Assembly (NCBI GenBank): GCA_050294405.1
Contig: JBNKOC010000028.1
Location: forward strand, 256,001 to 320,000
Length of the DNA: 64,000 nucleotides
From: Fibrobacteria bacterium
GTDB lineage: Bacteria > Fibrobacterota > Fibrobacteria > UBA11236 > JADFYW01
Direction: 5' to 3'
In this document: one piece after another, positions 1 through 8,641 of the stretch
How the letters are laid out: each line of letters begins with the position of its first letter
Numbering within the stretch: position 1 is the first letter of the stretch
Made by a program: the position numbers and the translations under genes
Notes under the pieces: model-generated
What the model was told of the DNA's origin: nothing
What the model saw: only the letters and a program-made list of their open reading frames with translations
The model's database searches: none

Positions 1-241
1 CCCAGAGGTTGGCAGCCAGGCCACTGAAACCCAAACCGTAATCTTTCATTTTTCCTACAATTTCATCGCGCTGAGATTTTTCGGGAAGATCGTCGGGATT
101 AGGATGTGGAGGAAAGCCTCCCAACTCTACGCCGTCAAATTGGTATTCCACCAGTTTTTTGCATACAGTGTCAAAATCAATGGGTTTACTTTCATAGGGA
201 CCGATGGTGTAGGCCCAGGAGCCGATAGATGTTTTTTTCAT
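1..241 (-). CDS. Sugar phosphate isomerase/epimerase (xylose-isomerase-like TIM barrel), 5' part; runs off the window edge
   Basis: Manual translation from ATG at 241: MKKTSIGSWAYTIGPYESKPIDFDTVCKKLVEYQFDGVELGGFPPHP...GLGFSGLAANLW. The FDGVEL motif is typical of the AP-endonuclease-2/isomerase family; a GAGGA SD lies upstream. Not in the ORF track. Confidence 0.75.
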   Translation of the reverse strand, partial: MKKTSIGSWAYTIGPYESKPIDFDTVCKKLVEYQFDGVELGGFPPHPNPDDLPEKSQRDEIVGKMKDYGLGFSGLAANLW

Positions 242-472
242 AGAGTTTCCTCAGGAATTAAGGGTTGGTAGGTACCCATAGGGTTTCAATAATATAGGCT
301 CGGCGAATTTTGAATGATTGTACTTATTGTGTTTTTTTTTGTAGAAATTGAGCTTGGAATTTTTTTTAAAAAAACTGGAACAAAAACAGGCAAGCTGATA
401 GTATTTTTAATTTTAATGTAAAACATTTCATTTTTTGCGAAAAATTAAGGTTTTTTTTAATAGAAGCTTTTT

Positions 473-1225
473 ATGGATTATCAGGATTTTAAAAACTCGT
501 TCTTGCAAAAGTTGGATAATTTGGGAGGAATCCAGGAATTGTTCGAGAATGTTCCCGATATATATTTCTGGATAAAAGATAACCACGGGCGCTTTGTTAT
601 GGCCAATCAAGCTGTGATTGAATTGTGTGGTTGTACCAGAGAAAGCGAGTTTGTTGGTAAAACGGATTTTGACATATTTCCTAAAGAAGTGGCTGATCAT
701 TTTTTACAGGACGATGAAAAAGTTAAAAATGAAAAACACAAGATTATAAATCGCGTTGAACTGATTCCCCAGGAAACAGGAGGAATGGATTGGTACACCA
801 CTAACAAGGTGCCGGTCTTTGGCAAAAATGGAGAGGTCATCGGGGTGGCTGGCATATCCCGAAGCATGCAGAAAGAAAATAGCGTGTTAAGGCCTTACAT
901 GGAAATGAGCAATATTATCGATTACATAACCTCCAATTATCAGGAACAAATTGACATTAAAGAACTGGCTAAGATGGCGGCTTTGTCTGTGAGTCAATTT
1001 GAACGTAAATTCAAAAAAATATATCAACTTTCCCCCCTCAAGTTTATAATAAGGGTTCGGGTAAAAGCTGCCTGCAAAGATTTAGTTACTACCCAGGAGC
1101 CCATATCCAATATTGCTCTTAAAAATGGCTTTTACGACCAGAGTTATTTTAGCCGCCAGATTACCGAACACATGGGCATGTCGCCCAGGGAATACCGCAA
1201 AAAATTTTATAGAGGCGGCGGATAG
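473..1225 (+). CDS. AraC-family transcriptional regulator with N-terminal PAS domain
   Basis: PAS (FWIKDNHGRFVMAN...GKTDFDIFP...KVPVFGKNGEVIGVAGISR) plus C-terminal AraC HTH (LSVSQFERKFKK...IALKNGFYDQSYFSR...GMSPREYR). Confidence 0.92.
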   Translation: MDYQDFKNSFLQKLDNLGGIQELFENVPDIYFWIKDNHGRFVMANQAVIELCGCTRESEFVGKTDFDIFPKEVADHFLQDDEKVKNEKHKIINRVELIPQETGGMDWYTTNKVPVFGKNGEVIGVAGISRSMQKENSVLRPYMEMSNIIDYITSNYQEQIDIKELAKMAALSVSQFERKFKKIYQLSPLKFIIRVRVKAACKDLVTTQEPISNIALKNGFYDQSYFSRQITEHMGMSPREYRKKFYRGGG

Positions 1226-1229
1226 GGGT

Positions 1230-1424
1230 TTATTTATTCCCTTTGTAAACCCAATAGGTAACCATACCGGCTCCGCATAAAATGACCAAGGCTACGCTTA
1301 TGGCTAATAGTGGGGTCCAGCTTTTTGATTCGAAATGGGCGTGAGCGGCTGCATATCGGGCATTTGCGAACAAATTAAAACTGGATGCCATTAGGAATAG
1401 GATTGTGTTTTTAAGCATAATCAT
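1230..1424 (-). CDS. Small hypothetical membrane protein (signal-like N-terminus plus C-terminal TM helix)
   Basis: 64-aa ORF filling an intergenic gap, GAGGAG immediately upstream, two hydrophobic segments, basic tail. Confidence 0.6.
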   Translation of the reverse strand: MIMLKNTILFLMASSFNLFANARYAAAHAHFESKSWTPLLAISVALVILCGAGMVTYWVYKGNK

Positions 1425-1481
1425 CTCCTCAGAAAATTAATCTATGAGCTGCTATATATTTATTATCGAATTCAAATGGGG

Positions 1482-1515
1482 AGTACTCGAGTACTTTTTT
1501 AAAAAAAATACTCGA
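1482..1515. promoter_or_regulatory. Palindromic putative operator AGTACTCGAGTACT with a repeated TACTCGA half-site
   Basis: Perfect 14-bp palindrome at 1482-1495; TACTCGA at 1484-1490 and again at 1509-1515. Confidence 0.4.
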
Positions 1516-1554
1516 ATAATTTAAAAAACTCAAAAAACCAAACAAAAATGATGT

Positions 1555-2715
1555 TTATGAGGTTTTTTGCCGGTGCTGATAGAGGAAAATTCCAGAAAGA
1601 ATTTTTGGTGAAAAGAAAGTGCTCTTTTCCGGCATTACAATATCCGAATTTTCAAGGCCAGCATTGGCCACATCCATCAACTCATCAATGGAAACCGGGT
1701 GCAGGGCAACGGCAATATCATAAACTCCAGAGTCTACCTTTTCCTTCATAGCATCCAATTCTGCCTCGGAGTAGTAATCGAAATAATCATGGTTTAAAAT
1801 CATATCGTGATTGATCTCAAGGTGCGGGTACAGCTCTTTTTCTAAAATACTGCAATCCAGTTTTCCAACAACATCGGAGGGAATGTTTTTTGCCTTTAGT
1901 AAGTAACTGCCGGATTTATGATAGATGCAAAATTCATGTTTGTTAGGCGTGTGAAAATTGGCAACGGGTTCAAGTTCCAGTTTTGATTTAATATCTTCGA
2001 ACTTAACCTTTCCATTAATTACCCGATTATAGGCTTGAATATGAGCTTTTTCAACAATGTATGCAATAGTATGCGTTTGATTATTTAATAGGGCCGCATG
2101 GTATCTGTGGTGTCCATCAGCAATGTATAGAGGATTTTGGGCAATTAATCCGGCTAATTTTTGTCCATGTTTGTGACTGGCCTCAATTTTCCATATTTTA
2201 TTTTCGATTCCATGTAAATCGGAATAACCTCCAAAGTCGGATTGAAACTGGTATTCGGGCTGCATTTCCTTTTTTATCTCCTCAAAGAGCGCGGAGATGG
2301 GTGATTTTGTCAATAAAAATATGGGGCCTAATGTGTAGCCAGTGGCTTGGGCTAGGGCGATTCTGCCTTTCACTTTATCGTCAAAAGTTTTTTCATGGCG
2401 AATAACATTTTTATTTTCGTAAGAATCCACTTTAACCGCAGCGAATACTCCGGTGCGGCTGCCGCCACTATATTTTTGCTCATATAAGTAATAGGCGGGC
2501 TCAGAATCAGAAATCAAAATTTTGCCCCGAATAAATTTTTCAAGAGTTTCTTTAGGCTTAGGGCCCAAAGTAACATGAAACAAGGAATTTGGATTTTGGG
2601 ATAAATTAGCTTCCAGCCCGCTTCCTGGTTTAATAACATCGTATGGAGGGGCGGTTAGCTGGTTTGCAAATTCTACGGAAGGCCTGAGGCCGCTTAGTCC
2701 AATAATTTCTGCCAT
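1555..2715 (-). CDS. DUF1015 family protein
   Basis: APPYDVI, RHEKTF, YIADGHHRY and MPEKSTFFSPK motifs. Confidence 0.88.
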   Translation of the reverse strand: MAEIIGLSGLRPSVEFANQLTAPPYDVIKPGSGLEANLSQNPNSLFHVTLGPKPKETLEKFIRGKILISDSEPAYYLYEQKYSGGSRTGVFAAVKVDSYENKNVIRHEKTFDDKVKGRIALAQATGYTLGPIFLLTKSPISALFEEIKKEMQPEYQFQSDFGGYSDLHGIENKIWKIEASHKHGQKLAGLIAQNPLYIADGHHRYHAALLNNQTHTIAYIVEKAHIQAYNRVINGKVKFEDIKSKLELEPVANFHTPNKHEFCIYHKSGSYLLKAKNIPSDVVGKLDCSILEKELYPHLEINHDMILNHDYFDYYSEAELDAMKEKVDSGVYDIAVALHPVSIDELMDVANAGLENSDIVMPEKSTFFSPKILSGIFLYQHRQKTS

Positions 2716-2798
2716 GTTGATTTCCTGTTTTCAATAATAAAGAACAGGAAGTATAGTAATTTTACGGAACCGATAAAAATCACCCTCAAGGCTTAAGT

Positions 2799-5700
2799 TT
2801 ATTGGCCTTCAACTTCGTTTTGTTTTTTGTAAAAATCCATTTCACCGTCCAGGACTTTAATCTTTTGGTCTATTTCGCTGAGTTTATCCTTTAAGAAATT
2901 GAGTTTGTTCAGCTCAGAACGTAGCTGCCTGCTGGCGGTTTTTTCCCTTTCTGTGTATTTCTTTAAAGCTTCTTTTGCTTTTTGCGAGCTGGGATATTCG
3001 GTTTTTAAGCTTTCCAAATCCCGTCTTTTAAAATCTAATACAAAAGGTTTGGCGATTTGCACTTCTTTTTGCTGTGAGTTGGAAGAAGCCAATTGGGATT
3101 TGGCATCAATTGCTATTTCCAGAGAAAATACCACCCCATGTCCTTTTTCTCCTTTTATGGCTTGGATAGCTATTAGGTTCTTTCCTTGCAAAATTAAATC
3201 GCTAACATCAATAGATTTTACTGTCTGCCGGTTGGAGTTTGAAAAAGGAATTTGCGAACTCAATATTTTTTTGCCGTTTAGAAACAACACAAATTGGTCT
3301 TCAATGGCCACATCAATAACTGCTTGGTTTACTTTTCCAGTCACATCAAAAATTTTCCTTAAATAGCTTGTGTCAGCATCATTAACATCCCAGATGGGAT
3401 TTGGAATTTTCCCTGGAAACTGAATAGGTCGGGAAAGTTTGGTGGATTTAACAGGCCCAAATACATCTTGTGTGACGCTATCCTCGGCGATGGTGTTCCA
3501 GCCTTCTAGGGCTACGGATTGTCCCCACCACAAGCCATCGCTTTTTATGCTAAGAATTTGTATCCCTTCGGGCTGTTTGTAATTCTGTGGGTCTAATCGT
3601 TGTAGCGTGGTTAAAATATAACGACTCCAGCTATCCGTTAAATTGTCTTTCTTACTGCGCTCCAAAGACTTTTGTAAATGTTTAATGGCTTTGTCTTGCA
3701 GCTCAAAAGCAATATCCTCAAACTGAAATTGCAGTTCTTCTCTTTCATCCGCACTAAGGCTGCTATCCAAAGGCGTGTTGAGCATTTCTTCGGCCAGAGA
3801 AGCATAGCGTCCGCCTAACAGATAGTTCTCTTTGGCATACAGAGATTTAATGGAAGAAGGCGCCTTGGGTTTTTGGCTGGTTAAAGCCTGGCTGTAAGAA
3901 CGCTCTAAGGCGTTAACACTGGTTTCAAAATCCGATTGAGTTGTTTCAAGTAATTTGGACTTATATATATACAAGGATAAGACCTGATTGGATACATTTT
4001 TTGGGATTTCGCTATTAAGGATATTATACGCAGAGTTTAACCCCCATTCTATGGTTAAGCTGTTGGCATTTTCTAAAAGGACAGAGGCTGAGTCCATCAT
4101 TTGCTGTGTTTTTTCTGCGAGTTTGGATTTATCCTTTTCGCTGGTAAAATCCCGGCATTTTTCCAAAAAGGGGATGGAGCCGCTTAAAAACTTTAGGGAG
4201 GCAGCTGTTATTTTTTTGTCCTCAATTAATTTTTTCGAAGGCTCATTTTCAAATAAACGAGGTTTATTCTGCCAAGCCAAAGCCAGATTGTAATACATGG
4301 ATCCCACAGAAAAACTGGCCTGGAGACTGGCTTCATTGCCCAATTTCATAACATCCTGATAGGCGTCAATAGCCTCCTTCAGCAGCTCCAGTTTTTTAGC
4401 TTCTGCGGATTCCAATTTTTTCTTGGGCAATTCAAAAGGGATTTGCTCTAATTGGAGCTGGATTAAATAAGCTAATTGAAATTGAGCGATGGACGATTGG
4501 TACGCGGCCACCCCTGGTGGAAGAGATGTAATAGCCTTTGCCCTGGATATGGTTCCTTCGAAATTTTCGCGGGCTAGATCGATCATGTTAAGCTTTACAT
4601 AACATTCACCAATGTAATTCCTGGCTTCCAATTCCAACTCCCCTCCTAAATACATGGTGTGGAATCTGCGGAAAATGTTAATGGCTTTTCCGTATTGTTC
4701 GGCCTTCATGTAAAACTTACCCGTTGAAAACAAAAGGTCGGGCGCGTCTTTTTCGCTGGGAAACAATTCGGCAAAGCGCTCATTTGTCTGTGCGACCTTT
4801 TCAAAATCGCCCAATTTTTCATAGCACAGGGCAATGTTAAACAGGGAGTTTTTCAGATGGGGAGATTGGCTGTAATTGGAAATGAGTCGTTCATATGTGC
4901 TAATGGCCAACTCATAATTCTTTATTTTTTCATAGTCGGTGGCTGCATTAAAAAGGGCGCCATCTGCATACTTGGAAGCGGGAAAGAGGTCTGATAGTTG
5001 TATATAGGCTTGGGCGGCCATTTCAAGCTTGGCTGCTTTTTCAAAGGCTTCGGCCCCGGCAAATTGAGATACATCAGCGAAGGAATATTTAGAGTACTTT
5101 TTTGCTGTGTTTAAATATTCATTACCCGCCTCTAAAAACTTGTTTGATTTTTCGAGTTTTTCAGCACGTCGATATCCCGCTTCCACTTGGCCTCGCTGGC
5201 CCATTTCTGCATATTCCGGATTGACCGCGGTTTCTGCTAGCTCGGTATACCATATTTCAGCTTCATCGAAATCTTCAATGGCCATATAACTTTGAGATAA
5301 TAACTTTAAGACTTCCTGGTAATTTTTGGGGCGTTCTTCCTCGGCCAGGATGTTTTTGAACAAGGGAATAGCAATGGCAAACTTTGTCCGGTTGTAATAA
5401 ATGGTGGCCTCTAACAAAAGAATTTCCGGCATTTCCGGTTCATTGGGATAATATTGAAAGAATTTTTGGACCGCTAAAAGAATATCCTTTTCCAAAGCCG
5501 AAAAGCTGGTGTCCCGTATGGATTTGTTAATAGTACTATCCTCTTCCAATCCGGGCTGTCCGTTTAACCATTGCCGCTGGGCTACAGAAATGGCGCTAAG
5601 CAGAGCTTTTTTACGATAATCTTCGAAGGGATATTTGGTAGCAACCTGCATGTAATTAAAAAAGGCGCTGTTGGGGTTATTGATGTGTTTATCCAAAATA

Positions 5701-7070
5701 AGGCTTAAATTCCATTGCACTTCATAGGCCTCGCGAGTGCCAGGATATTCCTCCAATAAGCGGTTATAGCTTTTGGCTACTTTTATGTATAACTTCCTAT
5801 CCTTTGATTCGTGGGCCTCGGCTAAAGTTTTTTCTGAAGACTTGATTAAAATTTTAACCGCTTGAGAATCCACAAAACTGCGCACATCCTGACTCAGGTT
5901 TTTGCGGTACCATTCACTCCCCTTGCTGTAAGTATCGAAAAATTCCATTAACATCTCATCACTTCGGCCCTGTTTGCCAAGTTGCGTATAGGCTTTGATT
6001 AGAGCGAGTTTAGCTTCGGGGGCTTTTTCGGACATGGGGTATTTTTCCAGAACTAACATCAAAGGCTCGGTAGCTTTGGTGTAATCGGATTGTTGCGTAT
6101 ATATTTCGCTCAGCTTGATTAAAACTTTTGAGGTATAGTTTTCATCTCCAATAATTTTTAAAAAATCGTGGGCTTGGTGCAAAGTTCCGCTTTCATCAAG
6201 GCTAATGGCTAAAAATTCCACTGCATCATCTCTCAATAAGGGATTGTCCACCAATTGGGAGCCTTCTCCACTGGCAAAATTAAGATTGCTTTTTTCTATG
6301 AGGGTTTGAAAAGTGTTGATAGCCTCTCTAAATCTATCTTGTTGAAAATAACACCAACCCAGCTTGTACATGGCTTCCGGAAAATCAGGGTTTTCCACAT
6401 GCAAAATGGCTTTGCTGTAGGCTGCTTCAGCCAGGTTATACCCTTTGCCGTTATCAAAGAAAGGGCGGTTAAAATAATAATCTCCAACTTTAATAAGACT
6501 CTTAACATAAAACTCTGATTTGGGGAACTTATCCGTGAGTTTTGTTAAGAGTTGGACAGCTCCATCCTCATCCTTGCTTTGGATTAGGCATAATGCTTTA
6601 TAAAAAAGGGCAATGTCGTGATTGGACAAATACAACTGGTTGCCCAAAATTTCGTCATACACTTTAATAGTTCGTTCAAAATTTAGGCTGGGAAATGGGA
6701 TGTTTATAGTTTCCCCGAGAGCTTCCGCGGCTTCCAGCTTCATTTCCCGTTCGTCTAATAATTTATCAAACTCATGAATCTCATCTTCATAAGTTAGCTC
6801 CGCTAAACGCAAGAGGATATCGGAATTGTATTGAGAAAGGGGAAAAATATTTTTGAGGATTTCAATATCTTTGATTAATTGGCGGCGTTCTTTAATGATT
6901 TGCCGTTCAAAAAACTTCATGTTTTGTTTTTCCGATTCAATTTTTTTCTTGTAAAAAATTGTGGAGTCTTGTCGCAGCTTCTCTTCAGGAACCTGGGAAA
7001 ATGCCCTATGTTGAAAGACCCCAACCAGGGTTAGGCATAGCAACAAAATAAAGGAGCGTGCGTTCATCAT
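2799..7070 (-). CDS. Large exported TPR protein (GltD/AgmU-like TPR array) with a C-terminal galactose-binding-like beta-sandwich and coiled coil
   Basis: Signal peptide; many TPRs with FP.S..A..A capping motifs; LRKIFDV...EDQFVLFLNGKKI...DVSDLILQGKNLIAIQA near the C-terminus. Confidence 0.8.
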   Translation of the reverse strand: MMNARSFILLLCLTLVGVFQHRAFSQVPEEKLRQDSTIFYKKKIESEKQNMKFFERQIIKERRQLIKDIEILKNIFPLSQYNSDILLRLAELTYEDEIHEFDKLLDEREMKLEAAEALGETINIPFPSLNFERTIKVYDEILGNQLYLSNHDIALFYKALCLIQSKDEDGAVQLLTKLTDKFPKSEFYVKSLIKVGDYYFNRPFFDNGKGYNLAEAAYSKAILHVENPDFPEAMYKLGWCYFQQDRFREAINTFQTLIEKSNLNFASGEGSQLVDNPLLRDDAVEFLAISLDESGTLHQAHDFLKIIGDENYTSKVLIKLSEIYTQQSDYTKATEPLMLVLEKYPMSEKAPEAKLALIKAYTQLGKQGRSDEMLMEFFDTYSKGSEWYRKNLSQDVRSFVDSQAVKILIKSSEKTLAEAHESKDRKLYIKVAKSYNRLLEEYPGTREAYEVQWNLSLILDKHINNPNSAFFNYMQVATKYPFEDYRKKALLSAISVAQRQWLNGQPGLEEDSTINKSIRDTSFSALEKDILLAVQKFFQYYPNEPEMPEILLLEATIYYNRTKFAIAIPLFKNILAEEERPKNYQEVLKLLSQSYMAIEDFDEAEIWYTELAETAVNPEYAEMGQRGQVEAGYRRAEKLEKSNKFLEAGNEYLNTAKKYSKYSFADVSQFAGAEAFEKAAKLEMAAQAYIQLSDLFPASKYADGALFNAATDYEKIKNYELAISTYERLISNYSQSPHLKNSLFNIALCYEKLGDFEKVAQTNERFAELFPSEKDAPDLLFSTGKFYMKAEQYGKAINIFRRFHTMYLGGELELEARNYIGECYVKLNMIDLARENFEGTISRAKAITSLPPGVAAYQSSIAQFQLAYLIQLQLEQIPFELPKKKLESAEAKKLELLKEAIDAYQDVMKLGNEASLQASFSVGSMYYNLALAWQNKPRLFENEPSKKLIEDKKITAASLKFLSGSIPFLEKCRDFTSEKDKSKLAEKTQQMMDSASVLLENANSLTIEWGLNSAYNILNSEIPKNVSNQVLSLYIYKSKLLETTQSDFETSVNALERSYSQALTSQKPKAPSSIKSLYAKENYLLGGRYASLAEEMLNTPLDSSLSADEREELQFQFEDIAFELQDKAIKHLQKSLERSKKDNLTDSWSRYILTTLQRLDPQNYKQPEGIQILSIKSDGLWWGQSVALEGWNTIAEDSVTQDVFGPVKSTKLSRPIQFPGKIPNPIWDVNDADTSYLRKIFDVTGKVNQAVIDVAIEDQFVLFLNGKKILSSQIPFSNSNRQTVKSIDVSDLILQGKNLIAIQAIKGEKGHGVVFSLEIAIDAKSQLASSNSQQKEVQIAKPFVLDFKRRDLESLKTEYPSSQKAKEALKKYTEREKTASRQLRSELNKLNFLKDKLSEIDQKIKVLDGEMDFYKKQNEVEGQ

Positions 7071-8641
7071 TGGGCTGCAGGCTCCTGTTGCAGTTTAGAA
7101 AGCGCATTTACGTATTCCCGATACCTTTTTGCGGATTCCTGATAATTACGCTTTAAGTTTTGGTACATAATAAGGCCAACATCAATAAATTTTGGTTGCA
7201 CCAAGGAAAGCTTTTTGTTTTTGTAAGAAAGCAAATCGATTAAATCATATATTTCATTGACTAAAAACTCCACTTTGGTTTTTTCACTTTCCATGTTATC
7301 CAATTTTGAATGTAAAGAATCCATAATGGAAGCCGGACTTTCATAGGGCAGGTTTACTACAGATTCTTTAAAACCTTCTATTTGAGAGTTTAATTGCTCC
7401 AGTTCCTGGCTATAATAATCGAAGAGTTTTTTTTCTTTTAACCCCACAACCTGAATCCCCTCTTTAACCAAGGCGAATTCTTTTAAAGATTTTTGAACAT
7501 TGTCCAATTTTTGATTTAGGCTTTTAGTTTTCCCTCGGAAACGAGCCTGAATATCTGGAATATCTTTGTATTCATTTTCATATTTGGAAAAACTGTATAT
7601 TTTCTTATCCAATTCAGCTAAAAGCGTTTTTTCCTCTTCAATTACAATTAACATTCGGGTAAACTGGGTGTTTTGCGAAAGTTGATTTCGAATGATGTTG
7701 GCATTTAAACTGTCTTTTTGTTTCCAATAGCTGTCCATTAAAACCAATGAGGCCTCGAAATAATAGGCTTCTTCTTTTAACACGGGCTTGGCCAACTTTT
7801 GCACCATTTCAAAGTTCTTCTCTTCGTAATGTATTTGAGCTGCTTTAAGGCTTGCTAATGGAAACAGTTTGGACTTTTCGTTAATTTGACTGTAAACATC
7901 CAAGGCCCTTTGTGTGTCCGATTTGCCTACCCAGATGGAGCCCTCAAGAAGTCTTGCTTCATCTATTAAATCCTGGTTTTTGGCTTGTTCATAAATTTTG
8001 GATAGTAAAAACAGGGCTTTGTCCCATTGCTTTGTTTGGTAGTAAGCATAGGCCCTCAAGAAAATACTGGACAAATAATATTCCGACTGTACACTGGTTT
8101 TTTCCAATATTCCAAGGGCTGCTTGGTATTTTCCTTGGTTTATCAGGGATTTCCCATATAAATATCCCGAAGCAAAACTGAGCACATGGCGGGGATATGA
8201 TTTTTCAATGAGTTTAAAATTGACTTCGACCAATGAATCATTTTTTTCCCTATCGCTAATTTGGGCTTTGCGGAAAATGGAATAAGGACGCCATTTCGAA
8301 TTTGGAAAATAATCTATTAATTCGCTGTATTGTTCCAGGGCGAGTTGAGGTAGTTCAAGCTTTCGATAACATTCTCCCAGCATAAATATATAACTGTCGA
8401 GCCTACCATCCGGTAGCTGCAATTCCTTTAATCTGCGCAAATCCACAACAGCATTGCGATACGCATCGGCTTTATAATTTTTAGAAATATTTTCCGGTAT
8501 GTGAGGTCCTAAAATTTCGGATACAATGATGGGCTCGAAATAATTTTCAATGGCGTTGCTGAAAATCACATCTCCAGAGTTAAACTTTTCACCATAGGCA
8601 TAAAAAGCCAGCATAAATAGAATAAATATTCTTATTATCAT
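7067..8641 (-). CDS. Exported TPR protein with C-terminal coiled coil
   Basis: Signal peptide from ATG 8641 (ATGA overlap with the upstream stop); TPR repeats (FMLGECYRKL, YLYGKSL, FLRAYAYY). Confidence 0.8.
   Translation of the reverse strand: MIIRIFILFMLAFYAYGEKFNSGDVIFSNAIENYFEPIIVSEILGPHIPENISKNYKADAYRNAVVDLRRLKELQLPDGRLDSYIFMLGECYRKLELPQLALEQYSELIDYFPNSKWRPYSIFRKAQISDREKNDSLVEVNFKLIEKSYPRHVLSFASGYLYGKSLINQGKYQAALGILEKTSVQSEYYLSSIFLRAYAYYQTKQWDKALFLLSKIYEQAKNQDLIDEARLLEGSIWVGKSDTQRALDVYSQINEKSKLFPLASLKAAQIHYEEKNFEMVQKLAKPVLKEEAYYFEASLVLMDSYWKQKDSLNANIIRNQLSQNTQFTRMLIVIEEEKTLLAELDKKIYSFSKYENEYKDIPDIQARFRGKTKSLNQKLDNVQKSLKEFALVKEGIQVVGLKEKKLFDYYSQELEQLNSQIEGFKESVVNLPYESPASIMDSLHSKLDNMESEKTKVEFLVNEIYDLIDLLSYKNKKLSLVQPKFIDVGLIMYQNLKRNYQESAKRYREYVNALSKLQQEPAAQ

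Noticed and set aside
2899..3366. 155-aa plus-strand ORF, and similar shadow ORFs such as 39235-39687, 47845-48324, 22068-22415 and 428-700
   Set aside because: Antisense to well-supported genes, with no recognisable motifs
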